Assembly: GCA_030641245.1 (NCBI GenBank)
Contig: DAOWHU010000054.1
Span: 1 to 25,528 of the forward strand
DNA: 25,528 nt
Origin: a bacterium
GTDB taxonomy: Bacteria > Patescibacteriota > Minisyncoccia > Moranbacterales > DUUL01
Direction of reading: 5' to 3'
Shown: one piece after another, positions 7,923 through 16,675 of the stretch
Numbering within the stretch: position 1 is the stretch's first letter
How the letters are laid out: every line of letters begins with the position of its first letter
The notes under the pieces: model-generated
Told to the model about the DNA's origin: nothing
Database searches by the model: none
The model's input: only the letters and a program-made list of their open reading frames with translations
Position numbers and translations under genes: made by a program

Positions 7923-8296
7923 CTGACATGTTATCTTTACGTCGCCGTAAAGCACGGACTATAACTTATCACTTAATTCTAGTGACTTCAGCGTTTAGTC
8001 TCTGAGGATTCCAAGAGCTTTATCAATCGTTCTTGATCTTTCCTGCTGATATTCTGGCAGTTTTTACAAACTACACTGGAAACATTTTCACTGGATATAA
8101 AAATATCCGAGTAGTTCCAGATTCTCCAGATTTTCCAGCATATGGCTGAATGTTTTTGGACATTATGTTAATTCTACATAATAAGCAACTACTTTTACCT
8201 CTCAACTTTTCAACTTTATTTTAACTTCAAATATACTCGACTACACTTGCCCATAATCGTTCCAGTCCTTGAAACTATCTCTAAGAGACAGCCTCA
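7923..8296 (-). ncRNA. Group I intron at 23S position 1931, 374 nt, no endonuclease ORF
   Basis: Splits CTAAGGT|AGCGAAATTCC; exon ends in U and intron ends in G; P ATGCTGGAAA, Q ATCAGCAGG, R CAGAGACTA, S TTATAGTCC; P3 TTCAGC/GCTGAA; P9 with GCGA tetraloop; guide GCTGTCT pairs with both exons. Confidence 0.92.
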
Positions 8297-9117
8297 ACCT
8301 TAGAACGATTATAGTTATCGCTGACGTTCACTGGCGCTTCGGAGATTGGCTTGCACCGCTCTCGTTAACGTTCCAGCACTGGTCAGGCGTCAATCCCTAT
8401 ACTTCCTCTTGCGAGTTAGCAGAGACCTGTGTTTTTGATAAACAGTCGCCAGACATCTTTAGCTGCGGCCAACCCTATAAATAGGATCGGCAGACCTTAT
8501 CCCGAAGTTACGGTCGCTGTTTTGCCGAGTTCCTTAACGAAGGTTCTCCCGTTCACCTTAGGCTACTCGCCTTGTCTACCTGTGTTGGTTTTAGTACGGA
8601 TGCTATATTACTAATTTTAGAAGCTTTTCCTGGCACTCTGCTCGCCTTTCTTCTCCTGACAAAGTCAGAATTCGAGTTAATTCTTGGAATATTGCTAGAC
8701 GGATTTACCTATCTAACTTCCTCAAATTACCTACCGGAATCCAATAACCGGCAAAGATTACTAAAATGCGTCACTCCATCAAATAATATAGTAGTGCAGG
8801 AATATTAACCTGCTATCCATCGACTACCCTCGACCTAAATCGAGACTCGCCTTAGGACCGACTAACCCTAGGATGATTATCATAGCCCAGGAAACCTTAG
8901 ACTTTCGGTGTACGGGGATTTAACCCGTATTGCGGTTACTCATACCAACATTCTCACTTCTATCCGCTCCACTCAAGCTCACGCTAAAAGCTTCACTGCA
9001 AATAGAACGCTTCCCTACCACCCAACGCAAAAAGCGCTGAATTCGCATCTTCGGTATTATGCTTAGCCCCGGTACATCTTCGACGCAAAACCACTGAACT
9101 AGTGAGCTGTTACGCTT

Positions 9118-9152
<35 letters not shown>

Positions 9153-9997
9153 AGTTGTCAAAGTAATTTCACCTTCTTTTCCACTTAGCATAAATTTAGG
9201 GACCTTAGATTGCGATCTGGGCTGTTTCCCTTTTGAGCCTGGATCTTAGAACCCAGGTTCTGACTGTTGGGGTCAATCAATAAGTATTCGGAGTTTGGTT
9301 GAGTGATCTAGGCATAGCCCGATACACTCATTCAGTAGCTCTACCCCTTATTGATAATTGGAACTGAGGTAAATCAGTCCCTTCCCAACGCTAGCCCAAG
9401 AGCTATTTCGGGAAGAACCAGCTATCGCCGGACTCGATTGGAATTTCTCCTCTATGCACAAATCATCCCCGCGCATTAAACGACGCGTGGGTGCGGGCCT
9501 CCTCTCAATGTTACTTGAGATTCACCCTGTTCATGCATGGCTCGTCCGGATTCGGGTCTAATTCATAAGACTTACGGCGGTTAAACCTCGCTTTCACTAC
9601 GCTTATTTCACAAAGTGACTTAAGCTAGCCATATAAATTAACTCGTTGGTTCGTTCTGCAAAAAGCACGCAGTCATCCACCCGAAGGCAGACTCCTACTC
9701 TTTGTAAGCACATGATTTCAGGATCTATTTCACTCCCCTTTCGGGGTTCTTTTCACCTTTCCTTCACAGTACTAGTACGCTATCGATCTGAAACAATATT
9801 TAGCCTTGGAAGATAGTGCTCCCGGATTCAAACGGGGTTTCACCGGCCCCGCCCTACTTGAGAACAACTGCAATGAAGATTTATTTTTTTCGCTTACGGG
9901 ACTATTACCCTCTATGGTCTCTCTTTCCAAAGATATTCTGCTAAAAATAAATTTTGTAACTTCACATTAATTAAATAATCACAATTGCCTCGCAACC

Positions 9998-10240
9998 CCA
10001 TAAACTGAATAGTGCACCGGATCCTAAGATTCTAGGATCCGGACAAGCACTCGAAACATCACACAGACCAAGCTCCTTTAAAAGGAAGCGGTCCTAGGTT
10101 TTCACCGATATAAAATCGGGAGGATTTAAACACACGCAAGAAATCTTCAATCAAACTTTAAAACCGAGGTGGTGGTTGTGTTTCTGATTAAAACTCACGG
10201 GTTATAATAGTGATGTTTTTTTGCACTATTCAGTTTATGG
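9998..10240 (-). other. ~220-nt insertion extending 23S helix 15 (E. coli ~270)
   Basis: Perfect 19-bp stem 9998-10016/10222-10240 encloses 205 nt of small hairpins. Confidence 0.85.
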
Positions 10241-10668
10241 TTTAGGCTACTCCCCGTTCGCTCGCCGCTACTTAGGGAATCTTGGAAACTATTAAAAATA
10301 GTTTCACTGTGTTAATTTTTTTTCCTTCGGGTACTAAGATGTTTCAGTTCCCCGAGTTTGCCCCCACTCATGTCTCACTATTTTCGACATTAGTCGAACT
10401 CAGTGAGACACGAACGAGTAACAGAGGTCTACTCTGTTGCGTTTCCGCATTCGGAAATTCCCGGATCAAAGGTTGTTTATCACCTCCCCGAGACTTATCG
10501 CAGATTACTACGTCCTTCGTCGCTTGTTTCAGTCAAGGCATCCATCATGTGCCTTAGTTGAGCACCGCACTTTTGACTGACAAATAACAAAGATCGAAAG
10601 ATCCATCGTTATCCATGCCAAAAGCTTATACTCTAATTATATTACAATTTTTTTTACCTACATCTATA

Positions 10669-10829
10669 GGGACTGTTCCTAAACATCATTCCGTTGCGAA
10701 ATTTGTTAGTTTTGTAATAAATTCTTAAACAATTTTTGAAGCACTAACGATAGCTAATGTGATAAAATTTTTTAATAATTTAGCCAAAACTGGAAAATTA
10801 CAGCAGGAATAATGATTAGGAACAGTCCC
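10669..10829. repeat. Imperfect 24-bp inverted repeats enclosing 113 AT-rich nt
   Basis: GGGACTGTTCCTAAACATCATTCC (10669-10692) vs GGAATAATGATTAGGAACAGTCCC (10806-10829). Confidence 0.7.
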
Positions 10830-11158
10830 CTGTTATGATAAAACTATTAGAATCCTCTCCCTTAACAGTTTCATATTTTTCAAAGTCACCTCTATCTAAT
10901 TCTGATAAAAGTCCGATAAAAAAATTCTAAAATCCTTCATATCGAACTTCCGTCAACCGCCTTTTCAAAATTCGCCTCTTCAACGAACTCTTTCAGAGCA
11001 AACAAAAAAACCGCCAGAGCGATTTCACAAATCTTTCTAATTTGTAAAACCTATTTTTTCTTCAATTTTAGCTCGTTGTTTGCGGTTATCATTAATCGTC
11101 TTAAATTTTAAACAAAATAAAATTCCCCTCTTTCGTCCCTCTAAATTCAACTCTAATA

Positions 11159-11186
11159 AATATAACAGAGAGAGAAATGTTGTCAA
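11159..11186 (-). promoter_or_regulatory. Candidate sigma70 promoter pointing toward the 23S gene
   Basis: TTGACA-16 nt-TATATT. Confidence 0.45.
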
Positions 11187-11369
11187 GAGAATGCCTTGGG
11201 CAGTATAGAGTATTTAGTATCCAGTATCTAACATACAGCTTAACCAATTTTGAATTTTGAATCAATTTTCCTGTCAAAGGCGAACGCAACAATAACTTAA
11301 TTTTCCAATTTCAAAACCTCCAACCTGGGCGAGCTCCGCTCGCCCCCCCCTTCATTTCCCTCTCCAAAC

Positions 11370-11400
11370 AAAAAAGGCATCGTCAATTCCGACCGATGCC
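11370..11400 (-). terminator. Intrinsic terminator after the 11418-12043 gene pair
   Basis: GGCATCG-11 nt-CGATGCC followed by TTTTTT on the minus strand. Confidence 0.7.
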
Positions 11401-11417
11401 CCCCCCTTATCCTTTTT

Positions 11418-11741
11418 TTAAATATCATTATTTATCCAACGTTGCTCACGAAAATTCCAAAACCAAACAAAGCTCGGTTTCTCTAAAGAAATTTCCGGGA
11501 AAAATTTCATATGAAGATCTTTCGGAAAGCTTTGCCTATTTAAAATCCGAGTTCCAGAATCAAGATCGACCCAATTAACTGGACAATTATTTGGGAAAGC
11601 AACGAAAAGAACCAAAGCAAAAATTTCGTTTAAAAATATGAATATCTCCACCCGATAGCCATAACCAATAAAATTCTCTTCAATTACTTTTTGTAATTCC
11701 TTGCGAGAAAAAATTAGATTGCCTGAATCATACATCTTCAT
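11418..11741 (-). CDS. Hypothetical protein, 107 aa
   Basis: AAAGGAG RBS; follows the previous ORF closely. Confidence 0.65.
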   Translation of the reverse strand: MKMYDSGNLIFSRKELQKVIEENFIGYGYRVEIFIFLNEIFALVLFVAFPNNCPVNWVDLDSGTRILNRQSFPKDLHMKFFPEISLEKPSFVWFWNFREQRWINNDI

Positions 11742-11752
11742 TTCTCTCCTTT

Positions 11753-12043
11753 CTACTCAACCAACGAGCAGATGTCCTTAGAAAACTCAACATATTTTTT
11801 GCCAAATAATTTTTCCCCCCAATAATCAGCGGCCGCTTTCTTGTTTTTTGTCCTTAAGGCTATAATGATATTCTCTGTTAAGACAATCCATCCTGAATGA
11901 GTCACGCTAGCCGGATTTTGACCATGTTCTTCCTTGTCTGCCAAGAGAATTTCACAACCAACCAAAGACTCCAGCATATCTTCAGGCTCAAATTTATTCA
12001 TCGGCGCCTGATCAATAACAATTTTTTTTCTTGGTTTGCCCAT
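11753..12043 (-). CDS. Hypothetical protein, 96 aa
   Basis: GGGGAGG RBS before ATG. Confidence 0.7.
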   Translation of the reverse strand: MGKPRKKIVIDQAPMNKFEPEDMLESLVGCEILLADKEEHGQNPASVTHSGWIVLTENIIIALRTKNKKAAADYWGEKLFGKKYVEFSKDICSLVE

Positions 12044-12155
12044 TTTGATTTCCTCCCCTAAAAATTAATTTGTAAAAACTGTTTCAAAACAATCTTATTT
12101 GTCAAATTGCTAAGATTCCATCCTACCCCATCCTCCACCAAAAAGCAAGAAAATT

Positions 12156-12200
12156 CCACAGAAAAAGAACCTTTTGCCGATTTAGACTAAGGTCCTTTTT
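12156..12200 (-). terminator. Terminator-like hairpin with a conserved 15-nt loop, copy 1
   Basis: Near-identical to 13984-14029; follows the stop at 12223. Confidence 0.6.
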
Positions 12201-12222
12201 TTACTCAAAATACATTTGTAAG

Positions 12223-12450
12223 TTATTGTGAAAATTTCAACGGCCCCTTGTTATACCACAAACCAAACCAAACAATACAAAAAATGGACACTCCGGTAAT
12301 AATCGCTGAAATTGCTGGAGCTAAAAATCCGTTTGGGTCTAATCCTATTTTAGAAAAAACTAACAGCAAGATAAAATAAGCAATAAACCCGCCCAAACCC
12401 GCTAAACATAATCTTACCCAATAATTTAATAAAAGAACTTTAATTTTCAC
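12223..12450 (-). CDS. Small two-TM membrane protein, 75 aa
   Basis: GTG start with AGGGGG RBS; two hydrophobic helices. Confidence 0.7.
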   Translation of the reverse strand: MKIKVLLLNYWVRLCLAGLGGFIAYFILLLVFSKIGLDPNGFLAPAISAIITGVSIFCIVWFGLWYNKGPLKFSQ

Positions 12451-12494
12451 GACGCACCCCCTACTGTTATATTTTCAAAATAATTTCTTCTTAT

Positions 12495-13163
12495 TTATAT
12501 TCTAATCTTTTTCGTTCCATTCTTCAACCGAAACCCCATAATCCCCTTATTCCTCTCTCCCGGATATCCCCAAGCTTTTTCAAAAACCTCAAACGAAACT
12601 TTTCGATCCTCTATCCCAGGAAAACCACCCGGATCATTGATAATAAAATTCTCATCGTCCCAACCTTTCACCACCACAAAATGCCCAGCATAGCCCTCTC
12701 TCTTATTCAAAATCATTGAATTAACTTGAACCATAATAATATACCCGTCCTCCATCAAATCAAAAATCTCTTCTTTCTCCGGAATTCTTTTTTGAATCTT
12801 GATTTTCTCTAAAAACTTTTTCGACTGCTCTCGTCCTTGTTCAATATCAGCTTTAATATCCGTTTTTCCCGCCGCCTCTCGTCCATACATTTCCGCCAAA
12901 TATTCTTTTCCTTTTTTTATAAATTTTTGATAATCAAAAACTTCCACATTAACCGCCTCAAATCCATTTTCTTGAAACCAAATTATCGCCCCCATTGACC
13001 ACGTCCACAAACCTTCTTTTTTCTCGCTAATTTTATTCAACTCTTCCCATAGAAATTCTCTCTCGGGAACAAAGTATTTCAAAATCATCTTCAAGCAAGC
13101 TTGAAAACAATGCGTCCCCTCCTTCGTATTCGAATAAAATGGCAATCCTTTTATATTTTTCAT
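12495..13163 (-). CDS. Peptidase C39-like (papain-fold) protein
   Basis: HCFQACLKM, GHFVVVKG and INDPG give the C39 Cys/His/Asp order. Confidence 0.75.
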   Translation of the reverse strand: MKNIKGLPFYSNTKEGTHCFQACLKMILKYFVPEREFLWEELNKISEKKEGLWTWSMGAIIWFQENGFEAVNVEVFDYQKFIKKGKEYLAEMYGREAAGKTDIKADIEQGREQSKKFLEKIKIQKRIPEKEEIFDLMEDGYIIMVQVNSMILNKREGYAGHFVVVKGWDDENFIINDPGGFPGIEDRKVSFEVFEKAWGYPGERNKGIMGFRLKNGTKKIRI

Positions 13164-13219
13164 ACCCCCATCCTACCACAATCCTAAAAAACCAAAAATA
13201 AAAACTGGCTGGCCGATGG

Positions 13220-13276
13220 ATTGAAAATTAAATCATTGTAAATTGATTGAAAATTGTAAATTGAAAATTGAAAATT
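13220..13276. repeat. TTGAAAA/TTGTAAA heptad tandem repeats
   Basis: Direct reading; the same unit occurs at 1836-1872 and 23686-23726. Confidence 0.75.
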
Positions 13277-13307
13277 CTTCAAGAAGGAATCTCCTTGAAG
13301 TATTCCC

Positions 13308-13336
13308 TTGCCAAATCCCCCAACATCCTCTACTAT
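13308..13336 (+). promoter_or_regulatory. Sigma70-like promoter of orphan unit 1
   Basis: TTGCCA-17 nt-TACTAT, then a leader shared with 14136-14171 and an AAAGGAG RBS. Confidence 0.6.
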
Positions 13337-13388
13337 AAAACCTTCACAAAGAAGCAACTTTAAAACTTATCGAAAGGAGAACCTTATT

Positions 13389-13859
13389 ATGAAAGCAACC
13401 GACGAAGTTTGGATAACGATAGCAGGCTCACTCAAAAGAACCACGAACACAGACAAAAGCATTGAGGCAATCTTAACCTTCTTCAAAGGAGCTGGCATAA
13501 CAAACCAAACTCTTCACGACTTAAATAAAGCCGATAACAAAAAGCCTGGACTCATTAAAAGAATGTTTAAAACCACTGGCAAAAAAAGACCTCGCCAAAC
13601 AACATGGAGCTGCAACGGAATTATTAAAATACCTGCTCTGCTTTACAACGATGAATTACTCAACGCTGGACCTGAAACTTTCAAGATTATTAAATACCTC
13701 GGTAAAACCCTTACGTGCGGTGAAAATGAAATCGCCTTTATAGCTCAATCCACTGCCCGAAAACACTCTTTAACAGTCCAGTGTCTAAAAACTCCCGAGG
13801 GATTAGAAATACACGGTTTCAAAAAACACATCCCCCGCCCCGAACTTGAAGAGTACTAA
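13389..13859 (+). CDS. Hypothetical protein, 156 aa
   Basis: ATG at 13389 with AAAGGAG RBS; the TTG at 13308 in the ORF track coincides with the -35 box. Confidence 0.7.
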   Translation: MKATDEVWITIAGSLKRTTNTDKSIEAILTFFKGAGITNQTLHDLNKADNKKPGLIKRMFKTTGKKRPRQTTWSCNGIIKIPALLYNDELLNAGPETFKIIKYLGKTLTCGENEIAFIAQSTARKHSLTVQCLKTPEGLEIHGFKKHIPRPELEEY

Positions 13860-13881
13860 CCACCCTCCTCCTAAAACAATT

Positions 13882-13916
13882 AAAAGCCCTGCGCAAACAA
13901 ACTTGCCAGGGCTTTT
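13882..13916. terminator. AAAAGCCCTG-N15-CAGGGCTTTT hairpin
   Basis: Same stem at 15305-15340; variant at 19927-19960. Confidence 0.7.
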
Positions 13917-13983
13917 ATCCTTCCCAAAATTATCTTTCCCTTGCCCCCCAAAAAAAACCCTGGGGCAAGTTCCGCTTGCCCCT

Positions 13984-14029
13984 CCACAAAAAAAGAACCT
14001 TTCGTCGATTTAGACTAAGATTCTTTTTT
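13984..14029 (-). repeat. Hairpin with a conserved 15-nt loop, copy 2
   Basis: Loop TCGTCGATTTAGACT vs TTGCCGATTTAGACT in copy 1. Confidence 0.7.
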
Positions 14030-14113
14030 CTGCCCTAAAAAATTAATGTGCTTTTTCTACTAACAAAAAGAAACAGAGTTCCCCTTCAAAAATTTCTTAA
14101 AACGCCTATTCTC

Positions 14114-14141
14114 TTGCTTTTTCTCTCATTTGTTTTACTAT
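14114..14141 (+). promoter_or_regulatory. Sigma70-like promoter of orphan unit 2
   Basis: TTGCTT-16 nt-TACTAT; leader homologous to unit 1; AAGGAGG RBS. Confidence 0.55.
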
Positions 14142-14194
14142 AAAACCCTCAAAAGAAGTACCTCGAAAACTAACAATACGAGAAGGAGGTCGTT

Positions 14195-15025
14195 ATGTCA
14201 GAAAAATTTTTAGGGCTCCAATTTTTGGAGAAATTAACCAATTATGACAGACAAAACCATGAGACAATATTACTAGAAAAGCATTTCCCAAAAATTGCCG
14301 ATCCTTTCGAAAACTTCCTGCAATTTTTACAAATATTAAAAACTACTTCAAAAAACTGTCATTCAAAAAACCGCCCCACAGAAACAGAAATTATTGCCTA
14401 CGTTTTAGAAGACGCCGTCGGGAGATCAAATGAAATCTGGTTCTGGCATCATAAATATTGTTCTTTTTGCAGAACTATCTATTCACTCTACCAATCTCTA
14501 ATAAGAGACCTTTGGAAAGCTCTCGGCAGTCGTCACCAGGAAATCTCGGTCAACATTATTCTAGCTTACCTCCAAAACGACCCTCCTGAAGAAATCGCCA
14601 AAAAATTCAAAGGATTCTCCAACCACGACAAAAAGTCTAAAACAGTCCCTCTCTACAAAATCCCAACTCTAAAAGGAATTCTGGTCGTAAAACAGTTGAA
14701 CGAAGAAACTGGAGATACCGAAAGATATCGATACGGCTTAGTCCGAAAAAGTGTTAGCGCTGGAAAGGGCACTATTTGCAAAATGTACCCCGAAAATAAG
14801 ACAGACCTTGAATTTCGCATTGAGTTCACCGACGAACACGATCAATTTTATTTTAAACGATTGGACTCTTTCGAAATCAATGGCGGACTCCATTTTTATT
14901 TTGGCCCAAAAAATCAACTAATTGAAGTTAAACAAGGCAACGGATTATTTGCCCAACACACCCTAGCCCATAATCCAGATTTAAACCCCGGCTGGGAAGC
15001 TATATTCTGTGGAATAATAAACTAA
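14195..15025 (+). CDS. Hypothetical protein, 276 aa, with an HxxxCxxC (zf-HC2/ZAS-like) motif
   Basis: AAGGAGG RBS; EIIAYV...H85-x3-C89-x2-C92. Confidence 0.7.
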   Translation: MSEKFLGLQFLEKLTNYDRQNHETILLEKHFPKIADPFENFLQFLQILKTTSKNCHSKNRPTETEIIAYVLEDAVGRSNEIWFWHHKYCSFCRTIYSLYQSLIRDLWKALGSRHQEISVNIILAYLQNDPPEEIAKKFKGFSNHDKKSKTVPLYKIPTLKGILVVKQLNEETGDTERYRYGLVRKSVSAGKGTICKMYPENKTDLEFRIEFTDEHDQFYFKRLDSFEINGGLHFYFGPKNQLIEVKQGNGLFAQHTLAHNPDLNPGWEAIFCGIIN

Positions 15026-15037
15026 AAGGAGACTATC

Positions 15038-15286
15038 ATGACATCCGCAAAAAAAGAACTGACCGTTGAGAAAATTCGCCCAGGTGGTCAAATCGTCACT
15101 ATGCACGGCACCACTTTAAAAATTACTGAAATAATCGAAGATATTCCAAGTAAAATTAAAGTTATTGTCGAAGACATCCACACACACAAACCTGACCCCA
15201 AAAACCTTATTTTCTTCAAAACTCCCCTCGGAAGAATCAAGCTAACAGGATGTAGGAAATACATCCCCAAACCCGAAGAGGAGTAG
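15038..15286 (+). CDS. Hypothetical protein, 82 aa; C-terminus resembles 13389-13859
   Basis: AAAGGAG RBS right after the previous stop. Confidence 0.7.
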   Translation: MTSAKKELTVEKIRPGGQIVTMHGTTLKITEIIEDIPSKIKVIVEDIHTHKPDPKNLIFFKTPLGRIKLTGCRKYIPKPEEE

Positions 15287-15304
15287 AAAAATGTTTCATA
15301 AATA

Positions 15305-15378
15305 AAAAGCCCTGCACGAACAACTATTCCCAGGGCTTTTAACCTACCAAAAAAAGCCTCTCTTAAAGAGGCTTTTTT
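15305..15378. terminator. Two adjacent terminator-like hairpins between convergent genes
   Basis: AAAAGCCCTG-N16-CAGGGCTTTT and AAAAAAGCCTCT-CTTAA-AGAGGCTTTTTT. Confidence 0.7.
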
Positions 15379-15426
15379 ATTGTTCACCTGCTTGCCTGCC
15401 GATAGGCGGGCCGTCAGGTAGATTAT

Positions 15427-15825
15427 CTATCGATTCATTCCTCCGCCGTCTCTCATTCCCATTCCTTTTTCATGCCCTGCTCCCATTCTTTCGCCACCAC
15501 CAGTTCGAAGTCCAAGCTCAGCTCGAATAACATTAGCTCCTTCTACATCGCCAGCTAGACCTAATCGATGAGCTTCAGCAAATTGAGCAAAGTTATCTTC
15601 ATTAACTACATCCGTAACTCTACCTTTGCCACTCATCAAATCTTTCCAAGTGTTGTAATCATTTTCCGCGAAAGCCTCAGTCATTGACTGATGTCTTTCT
15701 TCGGAATAGTTAGGACCTTTTTGAGAATAATCACCTTGGTAGGCACTCGCTGTAAAACCAGCACCCCCTCAAACCAAAACACTCAACAACAACATCCCCG
15801 ATCGCCTCGGATGTAAGGTTTTCAT
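15427..15825 (-). pseudogene. Secreted-type protein interrupted by an in-frame TGA in its signal peptide
   Basis: ATG at 15825 is in frame with 15427-15684; reads MKTLHPRRSGMLLLSVLV*GGAGFTASAYQGDYSQKGPNYSEERHQSMTEAFAENDY; TGA at 15771-15769. Confidence 0.6.
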
Positions 15826-16041
15826 TTACTTAATTTTAATTGTTATATTTCTTTTTTCACTCAAATAAAACTGTTTTAAAACATTTTTCATCGTCGACAC
15901 TCTCTATTACGCCCCCCTCCAAAAAAATTTGCACTAAATCCCCCTCCCGGAGATCGGATCTCCGGAAACCCCAAACCTCACCAAAAAACAGCTTCAAGAT
16001 CAACCTTGAAGCTGTCGTAAATTTTCAACAAATCACATCTA

Positions 16042-16632
16042 TTAAAAACTGAGCACTGAAAGCAACCAGTTCAAAATATTTTTTCTTTCAGCTACAACTC
16101 TCCCCTCATCATCAAGTGTTACTTCAGACTCAATTTCTACTGGAATAAGGAAAAAAAGTTTCTCCCCTTTTCTAACAATAGCTTTATCACCATCAATCTC
16201 CACTACACTATCAAACGTAGATATTGACTTTGTCGATAACACCGATTTTTCGGAAGCCTCAGCTTCACTTACTGTAGACTTTTCAGAAACCTCACTCTTT
16301 GATGCTGAAGAATCTTCGCCATTTTCACTATCTTCACTTTTCTCGTTATTCCACAAACGTTTAATGAAACTGGAAGATGCTTCAGATGCGACACTTGCTT
16401 CCGATTTTTCGCTATCTACAGACTCCTCCGAATTCTCTGAATCTTCATCGTCTTCTGATTTTTCTGAATCTTCACTATCTTCGGATTTCTCTGAATCAGA
16501 ATCTTCGCTTTCCTCAGAAGCTATTGCCACATCAACAGACTTATCAACAACTATATTAACCATTAAAGCCAAAACCATCACTCCTATTAAAACAAATAAA
16601 AACTTTTCTGTTTTCGATTTCGCAATAGACAT
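16042..16632 (-). CDS. Membrane-anchored Ser/Glu/Asp-rich low-complexity protein, 196 aa
   Basis: N-terminal TM helix, SED/SEK tripeptide repeats, C-terminal KLFFLIPV...LLSVLSF domain. Confidence 0.75.
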   Translation of the reverse strand: MSIAKSKTEKFLFVLIGVMVLALMVNIVVDKSVDVAIASEESEDSDSEKSEDSEDSEKSEDDEDSENSEESVDSEKSEASVASEASSSFIKRLWNNEKSEDSENGEDSSASKSEVSEKSTVSEAEASEKSVLSTKSISTFDSVVEIDGDKAIVRKGEKLFFLIPVEIESEVTLDDEGRVVAERKNILNWLLSVLSF

Positions 16633-16675
16633 ATTTTTTTATTATTTTTTATATTGCAACAATACGCAAATGATA

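Noticed and set aside
8160-8235. Functional LAGLIDADG homing endonuclease in the intron
   Set aside because: Far too short, interrupted by stops, and no LAGLIDADG motif
11051-11092. tmRNA-tag-like reading (ATAACC GCA AAC AAC...)
   Set aside because: No tRNA-like domain, and the peptide ends in KKK rather than an Ala-rich degron
13308-13388. TTG start for the 183-aa ORF in the track
   Set aside because: The TTG is the -35 box, and the RBS points to the ATG at 13389
15769-15771. Genome-wide UGA recoding (genetic code 25)
   Set aside because: Long genes of 290-624 aa are open in code 11 without internal TGA, and TGA closes ORFs at 20384 and 23383
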